Notes: a model not told the origin generated them from the letters alone. Positions 19,965 through 31,380 are shown, counted from the first letter of the stretch. The stretch is 64,000 bases of DNA from Flavobacteriales bacterium DA487 (GCA_049334165.1 JBEGHD010000004.1), one strand, 5' to 3'. Numbers and translations are program-made.

Positions 19965-22520
19965 ATGGCAGAAGGAGAAGGAGAAAGAATAATTCCTATT
20001 AACATAGAAGATGAAATGAAATCGGCCTACATCGATTATTCGATGTCCGTTATCGTTTCGCGTGCGCTCCCCGATGTTCGAGATGGCTTGAAGCCCGTTC
20101 ACCGGAGGATTCTATTTGCAATGGAAGACCTCGGTCTTCTCGCATCAAGGAGCTATAAAAAGTCGGCAAGAATTGTCGGTGAGGTGCTCGGTAAGTACCA
20201 CCCTCACGGAGATACAGCCGTGTACGATACTATGGTCCGTATGGCCCAAACCTGGTCTCTGCGCTACCCACTGGTAGACGGACAGGGTAACTTCGGATCT
20301 GTCGATGGTGACAGTCCGGCAGCAATGCGTTACACCGAGGCTCGACTGCAAAAGATTGCAGAAGAAATGCTTTCGGACCTCGACAAGGATACCGTAGATT
20401 TCGTTTACAACTTTGACGACTCACTAAAAGAACCGTCAGTGCTTCCGGCAAAGCTGCCGAGTCTTTTGGTGAATGGAGCAAGCGGAATTGCGGTAGGGAT
20501 GGCTACAAACATGCCTCCACACAATCTTCGCGAAGTTGTAGATGGAACTATTGCATACATTGATGACAACGACATATCTATTGAAGGATTGATGGAGCAC
20601 GTGAAAGCTCCTGACTTTCCGACAGGTGGTGTCATCTATGGAGTAGAAGGGGTTAAAGAAGCATTTGAAACCGGTAGAGGTAGAGTAGTAGTTCGTGCCA
20701 AAACTCGTTTTGAAGAAACCAAAGCTGGTGGCGAATCAATCATCGTTGAAGAGATTCCATACCTTGTTAATAAGGCCGACATGATCAAGAAGACGGCCGA
20801 CATGGTAAATGACAAGAAGATCGATGGCATTCGTGAAATTCGCGATGAATCAGATCGTCATGGAATGAGGATCGTTTACGAACTGAAGAGAGATGCCATT
20901 CCAAATGTCGTTCTCAACAAGCTTTTCAAATACACTGCTCTCCAGACATCATTCTCTGTAAACAACATTGCGCTTGTGAAAGGTCGCCCAGAGATGCTGA
21001 ATCTCAAGCTGCTTATTTCACACTTTGTGGAGCATCGCCACGAAGTAGTTGTGAGAAGAACCAAGTTTGAGCTCAAGAAAGCAGAAGACAGAGCGCATAT
21101 TCTCGAAGGGTTGCTCATTGCACTTGACAATCTGGACGAGGTGATTTCTTTGATTCGAGCGTCTAAAAACCCAGAAGAAGCCAGAACCGGCTTGATGGAG
21201 AAGTTTGAATTGTCGGAGCTTCAGGCGAGAGCAATTCTCGATATGCGTCTTCAGAAACTCACTGGACTCGAGAGAGACAAGATCAAAGAGGAGTATGCAG
21301 AGCTGATGGAAACCATCAAATATCTGAAGTCTATCCTCGCTGATGAAGGATTGCGTATGCAGATCATCAAAGATGAACTACAGGCAGTGGCCGATAAGTA
21401 CGGTGATGAAAGAAGATCACAAATTGAGTTCTCTTCTGCTGACCTGAGCATCGAAGACATGATTCCGGATGAATCGGTAGTTGTTACCATCTCACATGCC
21501 GGATACATTAAAAGAACTCAACTTACAGAGTATAAAACACAAAGTAGAGGAGGAGTGGGCTCCCGTGGTAGTACCACCAGAAGCGAAGACTTCCTCGAGC
21601 ACATTTTCACTGCCACAAACCATAACTGGTTGTTGATTTTCACCCAGAAAGGAAAATGTTTTTGGATGAGGATTTTTGAAATTCCAGAAGGATCAAAAAC
21701 TTCAAAAGGTCGTGCTATCCAAAACCTGATCAATATTGAGCAGGACGACAAGATCATGGCCTACATTTCAGTGAAAGACCTGAAAGACGAGGATTATGTG
21801 AACCAATACAATGTAATTCTAGGAACGAAAAAAGGACTGGTGAAAAAGACTTCTCTTGAAGCTTACAGTCGTCCACGTTCTAATGGAATTAATGCAGTTA
21901 CGATCCGCGACAACGATGAGCTTCTAGAAGCTAAGTTGACCAATGGGGACAATGAAATTTTGCTTGGATTGAAAAGCGGAAAAGCCATCCGTTTCCACGA
22001 AAGCAAAGTTCGCGCAGTCGGTAGAACTGCACAGGGAGTGAAGGGAGTGACCCTGGCTCACGATAAAGACGAAGTGATCGGAATGATTTGCGTTGAAGAT
22101 CCGGAAACTTCAGTTCTGGTAGTTTCTGAAAAAGGATATGGTAAACGCAGTTCTCTCGAAGATTATCGCATCACTAACCGTGGTGGAAAAGGTGTGAAAA
22201 CCATTAACGTTACGGATAAAACAGGAAGTCTTATCACCATTAAAAACGTGACTGACGAGGACGATTTGATGATTATCAACAAATCAGGAATCACGATTAG
22301 GCTGAACGTTTCTGAGATGAGAGTAATGGGCCGTAACACACAGGGTGTGAGACTTATCAACTTGAAAAACTCTGACGAGATAGCTGCTGTTTGCAAAGTA
22401 GTTTCCGAAGAAAATGAAGAAGAAATAGAAGACGTTGCAGATGATGTAATTGGCGATGAGGGTGAAAATCCATCACCCGATTCATCTGAAAACGAAGAAA
22501 ACGAAAACAGCGAAGATTAA
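19965..22520 (+). CDS. gyrA: DNA gyrase subunit A
   Basis: AMRYTEARL active-site Tyr motif, QRDR region ([17 protein letters not shown]), C-terminal beta-pinwheel repeats and an acidic tail. Confidence 0.95.
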   Translation: MAEGEGERIIPINIEDEMKSAYIDYSMSVIVSRALPDVRDGLKPVHRRILFAMEDLGLLASRSYKKSARIVGEVLGKYHPHGDTAVYDTMVRMAQTWSLRYPLVDGQGNFGSVDGDSPAAMRYTEARLQKIAEEMLSDLDKDTVDFVYNFDDSLKEPSVLPAKLPSLLVNGASGIAVGMATNMPPHNLREVVDGTIAYIDDNDISIEGLMEHVKAPDFPTGGVIYGVEGVKEAFETGRGRVVVRAKTRFEETKAGGESIIVEEIPYLVNKADMIKKTADMVNDKKIDGIREIRDESDRHGMRIVYELKRDAIPNVVLNKLFKYTALQTSFSVNNIALVKGRPEMLNLKLLISHFVEHRHEVVVRRTKFELKKAEDRAHILEGLLIALDNLDEVISLIRASKNPEEARTGLMEKFELSELQARAILDMRLQKLTGLERDKIKEEYAELMETIKYLKSILADEGLRMQIIKDELQAVADKYGDERRSQIEFSSADLSIEDMIPDESVVVTISHAGYIKRTQLTEYKTQSRGGVGSRGSTTRSEDFLEHIFTATNHNWLLIFTQKGKCFWMRIFEIPEGSKTSKGRAIQNLINIEQDDKIMAYISVKDLKDEDYVNQYNVILGTKKGLVKKTSLEAYSRPRSNGINAVTIRDNDELLEAKLTNGDNEILLGLKSGKAIRFHESKVRAVGRTAQGVKGVTLAHDKDEVIGMICVEDPETSVLVVSEKGYGKRSSLEDYRITNRGGKGVKTINVTDKTGSLITIKNVTDEDDLMIINKSGITIRLNVSEMRVMGRNTQGVRLINLKNSDEIAAVCKVVSEENEEEIEDVADDVIGDEGENPSPDSSENEENENSED

Positions 22521-22543
22521 AGTCTTCAGAAATATTTGACAAG

Positions 22544-22580
22544 GCCTCCTGAGAAAGATTTTTCAGGAGGCTTTTTTTTT
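22544..22580 (+). terminator. rho-independent terminator after gyrA
   Basis: GCCTCCTGA...TCAGGAGGC followed by T9. Confidence 0.7.
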
Positions 22581-22756
22581 GAACTGATTAAGGGCTCTGG
22601 AAGCAGCCACTTTTTGGAATTGGCAAAGTATTTGCCTTTTGGGCTGTGGAATAATTCATAATTTTACATCCGATGATAAAATGGCGTATGCAGTTAAGAT
22701 TTACTGCATTTCGCCTGGAACAAAAAAGATCATTTAAAAAACAAATTAATTGACCG

Positions 22757-23902
22757 ATGAAGAAATCACTATTTGTACTGACCTTGATGTTCGTGACAGT
22801 GGCAGCCTGGGCACAGCCAGAAGTTACCAAAGCTTATAATGCGAACGATGACGGAGACTATGCAGCTGCGGCAAAGTATATTGAAGAGGCCATTGAAAAC
22901 GACAGAGCAGCGGGCAAAGAAAAAACCTGGAGATACCGTGGGAACATTTACCTGAATATTGTGAAGTCTGAAGACGAACAACTTCGCAATCAATTTCCAC
23001 AGGCTTTAGGCAAAGCTCAGAAATCGTACATGAAGGCTCTCGAAATGGGCTCTAACTACGAAGATGTCATCCAGGCTGGACTTCAGCAACTGAGAGTGAT
23101 AGCTGTTAACTCTGGAATTGCCGACTTCTCATCAAAAGAGTACGAATCTGCTATTGAGAAATTTCAGATCTCTAAAGAGATAACCAATCACTTCGATATG
23201 ATTGACTCACTCGCCATTTACAACACGGCTTTGTCGTATGAAAAAATGGGGAACCTTGATTCGGCTCTCGTTGGCTACCAAAGGGCAGCAGAGATCAATT
23301 ACAACGTTCCAACTGTCTATATGTTGATCGCGAGCATTCAGCGTCAGCAAGGCAATGAGGATGCTGCGCTACAAACCGTTAAGGACGCGAGAAAGAAATA
23401 CCCTGAAGACGAAGCGCTACTAAGAGAAGAGCTCAACTACTATCTATCGAATCAAATGTTTGACGAAGCCAAAAGTCGTCTAAACGAAGCCATAGAGAAA
23501 AATCCAGAGGATAAAAATTTATTCTATGCACTTGGAGTAGTTTACGATGAATTAGAAGAAGATGAAAAAGCTGTTGAAGCATATAAATCAGCACTGGAAA
23601 TAGACCCAGATTACTTTGATGCTAACTTCAACCTCGGAATTCTTTACTACAACAGTGGAGTAGAAATCATTCAGGCAGCTGGAGAAATTCCACCGAGCCA
23701 ACAAAAGAAATACGAAGCTGAAGTAGCTAAAGCGAAAGACATCTTTAAAAAGGCAGTTCCTTATTTGGAAAAAGCAAAAGAGCTTGAGCCGGAAGACGAG
23801 AACACGTTGCGTTCACTGATGGCTATTTATGCCAGAACCAATCAGGACGAAAAATACAAAGCGATTCAAAAGGAACTCGGGATAGAACCTGCTGAAAAGT
23901 AG
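22757..23902 (+). CDS. tetratricopeptide-repeat protein, secreted
   Basis: Signal peptide and multiple TPR-like A/Y/L repeats. Confidence 0.7.
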   Translation: MKKSLFVLTLMFVTVAAWAQPEVTKAYNANDDGDYAAAAKYIEEAIENDRAAGKEKTWRYRGNIYLNIVKSEDEQLRNQFPQALGKAQKSYMKALEMGSNYEDVIQAGLQQLRVIAVNSGIADFSSKEYESAIEKFQISKEITNHFDMIDSLAIYNTALSYEKMGNLDSALVGYQRAAEINYNVPTVYMLIASIQRQQGNEDAALQTVKDARKKYPEDEALLREELNYYLSNQMFDEAKSRLNEAIEKNPEDKNLFYALGVVYDELEEDEKAVEAYKSALEIDPDYFDANFNLGILYYNSGVEIIQAAGEIPPSQQKKYEAEVAKAKDIFKKAVPYLEKAKELEPEDENTLRSLMAIYARTNQDEKYKAIQKELGIEPAEK

Positions 23903-23926
23903 AAATCCCATTTTAGTTTTCATAAA

Positions 23927-23960
23927 GAAGCCCGGTGAGTTGATCTTATCGGGCTTTTTG
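23927..23960 (+). terminator. rho-independent terminator after TPR gene
   Basis: AAGCCCG...CGGGCTT followed by a T tract. Confidence 0.55.
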
Positions 23961-24322
23961 TTTGCAGATGATAGAGATAGGCGCTCAGATTAAAATCACC
24001 TATTTAACATAATGTTAATTATGTATCTTCCGAGTACCGGTTTTGAGATTTCACCCCTAAACCGAATACAGGATTTTTCCCCTTATTGATTTTTTACTCT
24101 GAAGTATTGAAACAGCTAAGTTACATTCGCACATACATTGAAACGCCTATTCCACATGAACAAACATAAACTTCCAGACAGCGGGTACAGAGTAAACTAT
24201 GAAAAAGACCTTGCCGTTGCCAAAACCCTGCTCAGAATTTATTACAATCGCAAGGTGAAAAGTTCACAGTATTTGAAATAGTCCTCAGTAATTACTTCTG
24301 CTTTTTAACAACACTCTCAACT

Positions 24323-24694
24323 ATGGCATCAGATAAAATACCCTGGGATCTGGTAAAAAAATTAGCTGAATTGTATCGCAAGAATCCAGCAGCACTTAAA
24401 ACTTCGGTAGATGGAAAAATCGAAACATTGCACGGTATAAGATATACCAAAGAAGGGATTGAGGACTTACTCAACCAAACAGGAAAGAATATTACGGAGT
24501 TATTCATAATGCCCATTGTGAGGCCTGAAGATGAGAATAAACAGCCAGCTGATCAATTCTTCTCATTTGCCCTGGCAGGAATTGACGATCAAAATAATCT
24601 GATCACCGATTTGGTTTTTGAATATGGTGACCCCTGTCCAAAAGCATGTACGGCAAATTACAGAGACGAATTTGGTCTTAACGATTCCGAGTAG
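24323..24694 (+). CDS. hypothetical protein
   Basis: 123-aa ORF with no motif. Confidence 0.35.
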   Translation: MASDKIPWDLVKKLAELYRKNPAALKTSVDGKIETLHGIRYTKEGIEDLLNQTGKNITELFIMPIVRPEDENKQPADQFFSFALAGIDDQNNLITDLVFEYGDPCPKACTANYRDEFGLNDSE

Positions 24695-24866
24695 CATTAA
24701 TAAGAATTTTATTGTCCCCACTCATGCTTATATTTAGCATACACTCTTACCTTGGAGTCATTGTGAATACAAGGTATATTTCATATTTCTATATGGTGTT
24801 GATCCTGTTGTCGGAATTTACGGCCTTCTCAAGTACCGAAAGCTTTCTGGCTTTAACAAGCTAGCT

Positions 24867-25430
24867 GTGCAGCTCACATTGTTTAGTGCATTCGTGCAAA
24901 ACTATATGGTCCTACCTTTTGACTGGGTCACTACTAACCTTCCTCTTTTCCATGCCTTTGCAATAGCAAGTGCTCTCTATTTTGGCTTGATCTACAAAAG
25001 GCTTTTCCGAAAATCAATTTTGATAGGAAATATTGTTCTGTATGTATCTTTGGTTTTCGTCCTAATAGAAACTTTAAATAGTTTGTTTTACCAGGGGCTT
25101 CACTCGTTTCCATCGTTCAACATAATGTTAACAGCTTCACTCGTCATTGTTTCTTCATTGCTGTATTTCAGGTATTTGCTTCGATTCCCTTCAGAACAGA
25201 ACATCATCGAGTTTCCACCATTTTGGTTTGTCTCAGGAAATCTCCTTTTCTACTCTGTAAACTTCTGTTTTTTAACCTTTAAACAATATTACGACTCGGC
25301 TGGAATTGATACTCCTTCCTACTTTCCAACTTACCTCCTTTCAGCGGGAATTATCATACTTTACGTTTCATATCTCGTTAGCTTCATTAAGGACGCAAAG
25401 TCACGTAAAATATTAACTCTTGACCGATGA
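24867..25430 (+). CDS. polytopic membrane protein (possible sensor module of the downstream kinase)
   Basis: About 5-6 predicted TM helices. Stop overlaps the start of the HK gene (ATGA). Confidence 0.5.
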   Translation: MQLTLFSAFVQNYMVLPFDWVTTNLPLFHAFAIASALYFGLIYKRLFRKSILIGNIVLYVSLVFVLIETLNSLFYQGLHSFPSFNIMLTASLVIVSSLLYFRYLLRFPSEQNIIEFPPFWFVSGNLLFYSVNFCFLTFKQYYDSAGIDTPSYFPTYLLSAGIIILYVSYLVSFIKDAKSRKILTLDR

Positions 25431-26197
25431 CTGAAGACTTGCTACCACTTTACGTTGGAACCGCACTTTTCAGTATAATGGTTCTTTTCATCATCCTCTT
25501 TGTCGTCTCGTATCGTAAGTCGCAAATTAAGTTTCAGCTAGAGCGTCAACAGTACCAGCGTGCCATTCTGCAAACGGAAGTTGAAATTCGGGAACAGACT
25601 CTCACAGATATTTCCCGCGACCTGCATGACAACTTTGGGCAGGTTGCTTCGCTCATAAAAATCAATTTGAATCTGCTTTCGGCAAACCTCGAAAAGGACG
25701 ATCAACTAAAAGTGATTGAGTCCAAGGAATTACTCACACAAATGATTCAGGATATCCGAGAGCTTTCATCCTCCCTACAAGGAGATAAGATTGAAAAGAT
25801 CGGTCTTGCCGAGAAGATTTCCAGGGATGTCAACAGGGTGAATGCTTCAGGATATATCAAGGTTCAGTTCATAAACGACATTAAAGATTTCACGCCTCCT
25901 CCCCACTACTCTATTTTTGTTTATCGTATGTTTCAGGAAATGATCAACAATATTCTGAAGCATTCTGAGGCCAGCGAGGCTGAAGTAAAGCTAGAGGCAA
26001 ATGAAGGTTCCTTCAAACTATCGGTGAAAGATGATGGCATTGGGATGATGTTAGCAAACAATGGCCATCAAAAAAACAAATCTGGAGGCAATGGATTAAG
26101 GAATATAAAAGAGCGTTGTAAGATTATTGGAGCAAAGTATTCGATTGATAGTTCTCCAAATAGCGGTACTTTTATCGAAATAACTCTGCCAAAATAA
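25427..26197 (+). CDS. sensor histidine kinase (HisKA_3 / HATPase_c)
   Basis: N-terminal TM, H-box DISRDLHDNFGQ (HisKA_3 type), and N/G boxes (NGLRNIKER..., GNGL). Confidence 0.8.
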   Translation: MTEDLLPLYVGTALFSIMVLFIILFVVSYRKSQIKFQLERQQYQRAILQTEVEIREQTLTDISRDLHDNFGQVASLIKINLNLLSANLEKDDQLKVIESKELLTQMIQDIRELSSSLQGDKIEKIGLAEKISRDVNRVNASGYIKVQFINDIKDFTPPPHYSIFVYRMFQEMINNILKHSEASEAEVKLEANEGSFKLSVKDDGIGMMLANNGHQKNKSGGNGLRNIKERCKIIGAKYSIDSSPNSGTFIEITLPK

Positions 26198-26202
26198 CTC
26201 TC

Positions 26203-26880
26203 ATGTCTGAACCTGAAAACAAGGTGGTTAAAATCGCAGTTGTTGACGATCATCAGCTGTTCCGAAAGGGGCTGCGAAACTTAGTTGAAAGTGTAGACGC
26301 CAATTTCAAAGTGATTTCAGAAGCTGGAAACGGCAAAGAATTCTTGGCTTCGCTTTCTGAGAACTCTCTACCTGATATCGTAATTCTCGATGTCGATATG
26401 CCTGTGATGGACGGTGTGAAAACAACCATTAAAATTCGCGAGTTTGGATACAAGTTCAAAGTCCTGGCTCTTACCATGAAGAATGACGAATCCACCATTA
26501 TTCGCATGCTGAAAGCGGGTGCAAATGGCTATTTGAGTAAGGACGTAGAACCATCTGAATTACATGAAGCTCTGCTATCTGTGATTACGAACGGAAATTA
26601 CTTCAACAATGAATTGGCAAGTAAGCTGGTTGAAATTCTCCAAAAACCAGAGAAAAGCATAATGCCTCAACATGAATTGAGCGAACAAGAATTAAGGTTC
26701 ATCGATCTGGCCTGTTCTGAAGACACCTATCAGCAAATTGCCGATAAGATGTGTTTGAGTATTAAAACAATCGATGGCTACCGTGCAAGGGTTTTCGAGA
26801 AGTTGGGTGTCAAATCCAGGGTTGGCCTGGTCATGTACGCACTTAGTAACAACCTTGTGTCGAGCGGTAAATCAAGTTAA
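26203..26880 (+). CDS. response regulator, NarL/FixJ family (REC + LuxR HTH)
   Basis: VVDDH...D(54)...K REC motifs and a C-terminal LuxR-type HTH (TYQQIADKMCLSIKTIDGYRARVFEKLGV). Confidence 0.85.
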   Translation: MSEPENKVVKIAVVDDHQLFRKGLRNLVESVDANFKVISEAGNGKEFLASLSENSLPDIVILDVDMPVMDGVKTTIKIREFGYKFKVLALTMKNDESTIIRMLKAGANGYLSKDVEPSELHEALLSVITNGNYFNNELASKLVEILQKPEKSIMPQHELSEQELRFIDLACSEDTYQQIADKMCLSIKTIDGYRARVFEKLGVKSRVGLVMYALSNNLVSSGKSS

Positions 26881-26949
26881 CTGTTTGCCACTAATTAACA
26901 GAAACACAAAAAGAAAATAAATTTAACTACTTAATCAATCCAACTCATT

Positions 26950-27564
26950 ATGAACACTCTTACCAAAGTTTTACTATTCGCGAGTTTAATGTTTTTACTC
27001 TCCTGTGGATCAGATTCAAAGAACAATGAGACATCTTCTACAGAAAAAGAAGCTGTAGAAAATGAGACAGAAGAAAAGCCAAAGAAAGAAATCCGCGAAG
27101 AGCTCCTCACTGGCGAAGCACAAATAAAAATTGACGATCAGGAGTTTTCTATCACAGAATTTCGGAAGAATAAAACCGAACTAACCTACACAGATGAGAG
27201 CATTTCGCTTCGTCTTACAAATGCATCTGATGACAGATACGTAATGGTTCTGCTGACAGGCCCTCAGGTTTATGAAACCAGGCCGTTGACAATTGAAGTT
27301 GACCAGGCTAACCCTAAAGCGAGACCCTACGCCAGGGTCACTATGGTGGGTTTTTACAACAAGGATGATGTTCGTGATCAGGTGGTTTTGAAGCAGGGAA
27401 GCCTCACAATCAACCAGCTCGATGAAGAATCTCTTGAGCTCGACATCGAGTTCGAAGGTACTGGTGGGAAAGTAATGGATATTAAAAACGAAGACAGTAT
27501 TCCTATAGAAGGGTCAATTAACATGACCGTGGACAACAAGATTGACGCTCGAAAAAAGGATTAG
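26950..27564 (+). CDS. lipoprotein (hypothetical)
   Basis: Signal peptide plus LLSC lipobox. Confidence 0.5.
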   Translation: MNTLTKVLLFASLMFLLSCGSDSKNNETSSTEKEAVENETEEKPKKEIREELLTGEAQIKIDDQEFSITEFRKNKTELTYTDESISLRLTNASDDRYVMVLLTGPQVYETRPLTIEVDQANPKARPYARVTMVGFYNKDDVRDQVVLKQGSLTINQLDEESLELDIEFEGTGGKVMDIKNEDSIPIEGSINMTVDNKIDARKKD

Positions 27565-27661
27565 GCCTGAGTCCTTCTTAAAAACAATAAAGCACAGTCC
27601 GTCAGCTTTTGAAGCTTGTCGGCTGTGCTTTTTCATCTTCTTTTGCTTTGGAACGAACTGA

Positions 27662-28114
27662 CTAAAGGAGTTTTTTCACTTTGACTGCGTTCAATCCTTT
27701 AGGACCTTTTTCAAGTTCAAAAGATACCCTGTCATTTTCGTAGACATCTTCCAGAAGTCCAGTGACGTGAACAAAGTACTTTTGCTCGCCACCCTTTTCC
27801 TTGATAAAACCGTATCCTTTTTCATCATTGAAGAATGCTACAGTTCCTTTTTTTACAGGGTCCTGAGCTTCCAACTCAGATTTTTTAGGTACACCGATCA
27901 CAATGTCATCGGCATCAATTTCCTCTTTTTTCTTGGGGTCTGGTGGAGTGTCTGATAAGTTGCCGTATTCGTCAACGTAGGCGAACTCTCCTGGCCCCTC
28001 GCCTTCTTCAGCTCTGGCTTTGCGCTCTTCTTTGCGCATCAGCTTTTCTTTCTTCTTTCTGGCTTTTTTCTTTTCGCGTTCTTTCTTACTAAAACTTTCT
28101 TGAGACTTACCCAT
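27662..28114 (-). CDS. cold-shock domain protein with Lys/Glu-rich N-terminal extension
   Basis: C-terminal CSD: KGTVAFFNDEKGYGFIKE...FVHVTGL (RNP1-like motif). Confidence 0.75.
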   Translation of the reverse strand: MGKSQESFSKKEREKKKARKKKEKLMRKEERKARAEEGEGPGEFAYVDEYGNLSDTPPDPKKKEEIDADDIVIGVPKKSELEAQDPVKKGTVAFFNDEKGYGFIKEKGGEQKYFVHVTGLLEDVYENDRVSFELEKGPKGLNAVKVKKLL

Positions 28115-28146
28115 TAACTGTTTTTTGATGAATATAAATTACTTGC

Positions 28147-28169
28147 AAACTGTTTAACCGAAACAGTTT
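28147..28169. promoter_or_regulatory. perfect 9-bp inverted repeat in the csp 5' leader
   Basis: AAACTGTTT-aaccg-AAACAGTTT about 35 nt upstream of the csp start codon. Confidence 0.35.
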
Positions 28170-28686
28170 AAGGAAGGGAAAATGCAGAAATCGATCAGAG
28201 AGAATTGACCGCAATTTTCGGCAGAAACCGAACAGTAGGAGTTACTTGCCTGAAGGGATTGTAAGCATTTTTCGATGGAGCAAAGATAGAGATAAATACG
28301 CTCGACTCCTAACTGTCTAAAAGCCTCTCTATTAGGGCTTTTAAAAAGAAAATGTAATTCGGTCATTAATTTGAACTACATTTGCGCCAATTCTTAGTTG
28401 ACGTTCTGTCAAGATAGCTCTCCGGCTAAAATCGGATTTCATCATCTTTACTTTCTGTATCGGCTAAGAGCAACGACCTGGAAAAGTTCGTTTGTGCAGC
28501 ACTGCCCAATTTGGAGCAGCAGAAAATTGTAAAGTAACCTCGAAGATCACTCCGCGCATTGATTTTAGGGTTGTCATAAAACTTTTTCCCTACACTTTTT
28601 AACAGGCCTTTTTTCAGCGCGTGAATAAGGCAAAACAAGAACGCAGCTCGATTTAAAAAACATATCGAAGTTGCCAGCAAATTTAT

Positions 28687-29901
28687 ATGCAACAATCTTT
28701 TAAGAAAAAGCGCAGCAACAAGCCTTTTAATGGTGGAAAGCGTACACAAGGTGGTTTCAACAACCGCAGAAACACCAAGAGTAAAGCAAAACCTTCGAAC
28801 CTCAATCCCGCTCTTTTGCAACGCAAAGCGTCTGACGTTGAAGTTATTGACTACGAGTCTACAAGGACATTTGAAGACATGCCATTGAGCCCAAAACTCA
28901 AGCAGTGCCTGTCTAAGAAAGGATTTGAAAAACCAACTGAAATTCAGGATAAAACCCTGGAAAGCCTTCTGGAAGGACGCGATATCCTCGGAATTGCCCA
29001 AACAGGAACTGGAAAGACAGGAGCTTTTCTTATGCCCATCATCGAGCAACTTCAGCAAAACAGAAAGAAATCATTCGCTCTGGTAGTGGTTCCCACAAGA
29101 GAACTCGCTGTTCAGGTAGACGATGAATTCAAAAGCATGACCCGCGGAATGGGATTCTTCAGCGCCTGCCTCATCGGTGGAACAAACATTAACAAGGACA
29201 TTGGATCTCTCCGCAGATCGGTTCATTTGGTAGTGGCCACTCCTGGTCGCTTACTCGATTTAGAGAAGAGAAGAGCTCTCGATCTCAGACAATTCAATAC
29301 ACTGGTTTTGGATGAGTTCGACCGAATGCTCGACATGGGGTTCATCAACGATGTGAAGTCGATTATCAAATCGATGCAGCAACGAAAGCAGACTATGCTT
29401 TTCTCTGCAACGCTGGACAAAACGCAGCAACAGATGATTGACAACACCTTGCACAACCCTGTGACAGTTAAAGTGAGCACCGGTGAAGCAACTGGCGATC
29501 ACATCGACCAGGAAGTGATAAAACTTCAGGTCGGTGAAGACAAGCTCAAGACGTTGATAGACATGGTTTCGGACAAAACTTTCGAGAAGGTACTTGTATT
29601 TGATGAGACCAAAAGAAGAGTGAGCAAGCTGTGTGATCAATTGAACAAGGCCGGCATTAGCTCCGATCAAATTCACGGAAACAAGAGTCAAAGCCAGCGT
29701 CAACGAGCACTGTCGAAATTCAAAAACGGACAGGTAAAAGTATTGGTAGCTACAGACGTAGCTGCCAGAGGAATTGATGTTTCAGATGTCACTCACGTGA
29801 TCAACTACCAGATCCCGATGACTTTTGACAGTTACATCCACAGAATTGGTCGAACCGGCCGCGCTGGGAAAGCTGGAAAAGCCTACACCTTCGTCAACTA
29901 G
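28687..29901 (+). CDS. DEAD-box ATP-dependent RNA helicase (RhlE-like) with basic N-terminal extension
   Basis: Q-motif, AQTGTGKT, DEFD (DEAD variant), SAT, HRIGRTGRAG motifs. Confidence 0.85.
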   Translation: MQQSFKKKRSNKPFNGGKRTQGGFNNRRNTKSKAKPSNLNPALLQRKASDVEVIDYESTRTFEDMPLSPKLKQCLSKKGFEKPTEIQDKTLESLLEGRDILGIAQTGTGKTGAFLMPIIEQLQQNRKKSFALVVVPTRELAVQVDDEFKSMTRGMGFFSACLIGGTNINKDIGSLRRSVHLVVATPGRLLDLEKRRALDLRQFNTLVLDEFDRMLDMGFINDVKSIIKSMQQRKQTMLFSATLDKTQQQMIDNTLHNPVTVKVSTGEATGDHIDQEVIKLQVGEDKLKTLIDMVSDKTFEKVLVFDETKRRVSKLCDQLNKAGISSDQIHGNKSQSQRQRALSKFKNGQVKVLVATDVAARGIDVSDVTHVINYQIPMTFDSYIHRIGRTGRAGKAGKAYTFVN

Positions 29902-29920
29902 TTTGACTGGAAAATAATCA

Positions 29921-29959
29921 AAAGCCCTGCTCCGATCGATTTCGGAACAGGGCTTTTTT
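29921..29959. terminator. bidirectional terminator between helicase and rtcB
   Basis: AAAGCCCTG...CAGGGCTTTTTT. Confidence 0.65.
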
Positions 29960-29973
29960 AATTTCTAGGAAAC

Positions 29974-31380
29974 TTAGTCCACTTCGTGAAACCTCTTGTC
30001 GCCACACATCCTCACAATCCTCGGTTGAAATTTCCCGATGACATCGACCAGATCTTTCTGTGATTCCATCACATCGTTGATGTTCTTGTAAGCCATTGGT
30101 GCCTCATCCAGGCCAGATCCAATCACCTCTACATTTGCTTCTTTAAGATGGTTGGTTACCTCCTTTTTATTCAGCGTTTTCTTTGCCTGAGTTCTGGACA
30201 TGTTTCTTCCGGCTCCGTGTGCCGCTGAATTGATCGAGGCTTCATCACCTCGTCCTCTAACGATAAAGCCAGGAGCAGTCATCGATCCGGGGATTATTCC
30301 CAAAACTCCTTTACCTGCAGGGGTTGCACCTTTTCGGTGAACGATGATCTCGTTTCCTTCCCTGTCCTTTTCTTTCCAGGCGAAGTTGTGGTGGTTTTCT
30401 ACCATCGCCACAGGATCAGTTCGTAAACCAACTGCCATCCGATCGTGAATCTGGTGGTGACATGCCGAAGCATAATCACCGGCAAGGTTCATAGCACGCC
30501 AGTACTCCTGCCCTTCTTCCGAATCCAGATCTAGCCACGCCAGGTGCCTTGCTTCTTTCGGAAGCTTGCACTTTTCCATGGCAATTTTGGTGTAGTGACG
30601 GGCGATGTTTGCGCCCAGCCCTCTGGATCCTGAGTGAGAAAGCAGAGCGAGATAACGTCCGACCGGCAGATTGAATTCATTGTTTTCATCAAGGATTTCA
30701 GTTACACCGAATTCCACAAAGTGATTTCCTCCTCCGGAAGAACCGATCTGACTTGCTGCACGATCTTTCAAATCACGAATTATTTTAATGTCCTTAAAAA
30801 GTTCGTGTTCCAGGATTTCGTGATCCTTTGGCCTCTTGAAAAATTCACGACCAAACTTTGTGTTGTCGATCAGCATCTTTCTCAAGCCTTCTCTTTCTGT
30901 GTCGATCATCGATTCCGGTAGTTCATAGATTGACATGCACATTCTACAACCGATGTCCACTCCCACTCCATAAGGGATTACAGAATTTTCAGTAGCCAAA
31001 ACACCACCAATCGGCAATCCATAACCCTGGTGAGCATCTGGCATCAAGGCTCCGGCTTTAGCAATCGGCAATCTCATAGCCACATCGATCTGACTCAATG
31101 CGCCTGCTTCAATCCCTTCAGCTCCATAGACCTTGTACAGATCAGGAGTTTCTCTAAGAGGAAGTACTTGATCCTCCGGTGGGAGAAGTGCTTCCGCCAT
31201 TTTTCCGACCTTAGAATCAGACACGTATCGCTCCGGAGAAATCAATACCGGTTTCAGTATCATTTTCAAGTCTGATTCGGATTTCTCGGGAAAATGCTCT
31301 TCGATTGCTTTTAGCGCCTCACCAAAGGCTTTTCCCTCTGGCATTCCTATTTTTATAAGTAGTTTTGAATTAGATTCCAT
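29974..31380 (-). CDS. rtcB: RNA-splicing ligase RtcB
   Basis: DIGCRMC, GGGNHFVEFG, HHNFAWKE, HRKGAT and AHGAGRNMSR motifs, all RtcB hallmarks. ATG at 31380 preferred because the longer ORF-track extension would read through a perfect intergenic hairpin. Confidence 0.85.
   Translation of the reverse strand: MESNSKLLIKIGMPEGKAFGEALKAIEEHFPEKSESDLKMILKPVLISPERYVSDSKVGKMAEALLPPEDQVLPLRETPDLYKVYGAEGIEAGALSQIDVAMRLPIAKAGALMPDAHQGYGLPIGGVLATENSVIPYGVGVDIGCRMCMSIYELPESMIDTEREGLRKMLIDNTKFGREFFKRPKDHEILEHELFKDIKIIRDLKDRAASQIGSSGGGNHFVEFGVTEILDENNEFNLPVGRYLALLSHSGSRGLGANIARHYTKIAMEKCKLPKEARHLAWLDLDSEEGQEYWRAMNLAGDYASACHHQIHDRMAVGLRTDPVAMVENHHNFAWKEKDREGNEIIVHRKGATPAGKGVLGIIPGSMTAPGFIVRGRGDEASINSAAHGAGRNMSRTQAKKTLNKKEVTNHLKEANVEVIGSGLDEAPMAYKNINDVMESQKDLVDVIGKFQPRIVRMCGDKRFHEVD

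Noticed and set aside
28426-29058. 210-aa minus-strand ORF overlapping the csp/helicase leader and helicase N-terminus
   Set aside because: It is antisense to a well-supported DEAD-box helicase. It is Cys/Leu/Phe-rich with no motif, typical of a spurious shadow ORF.
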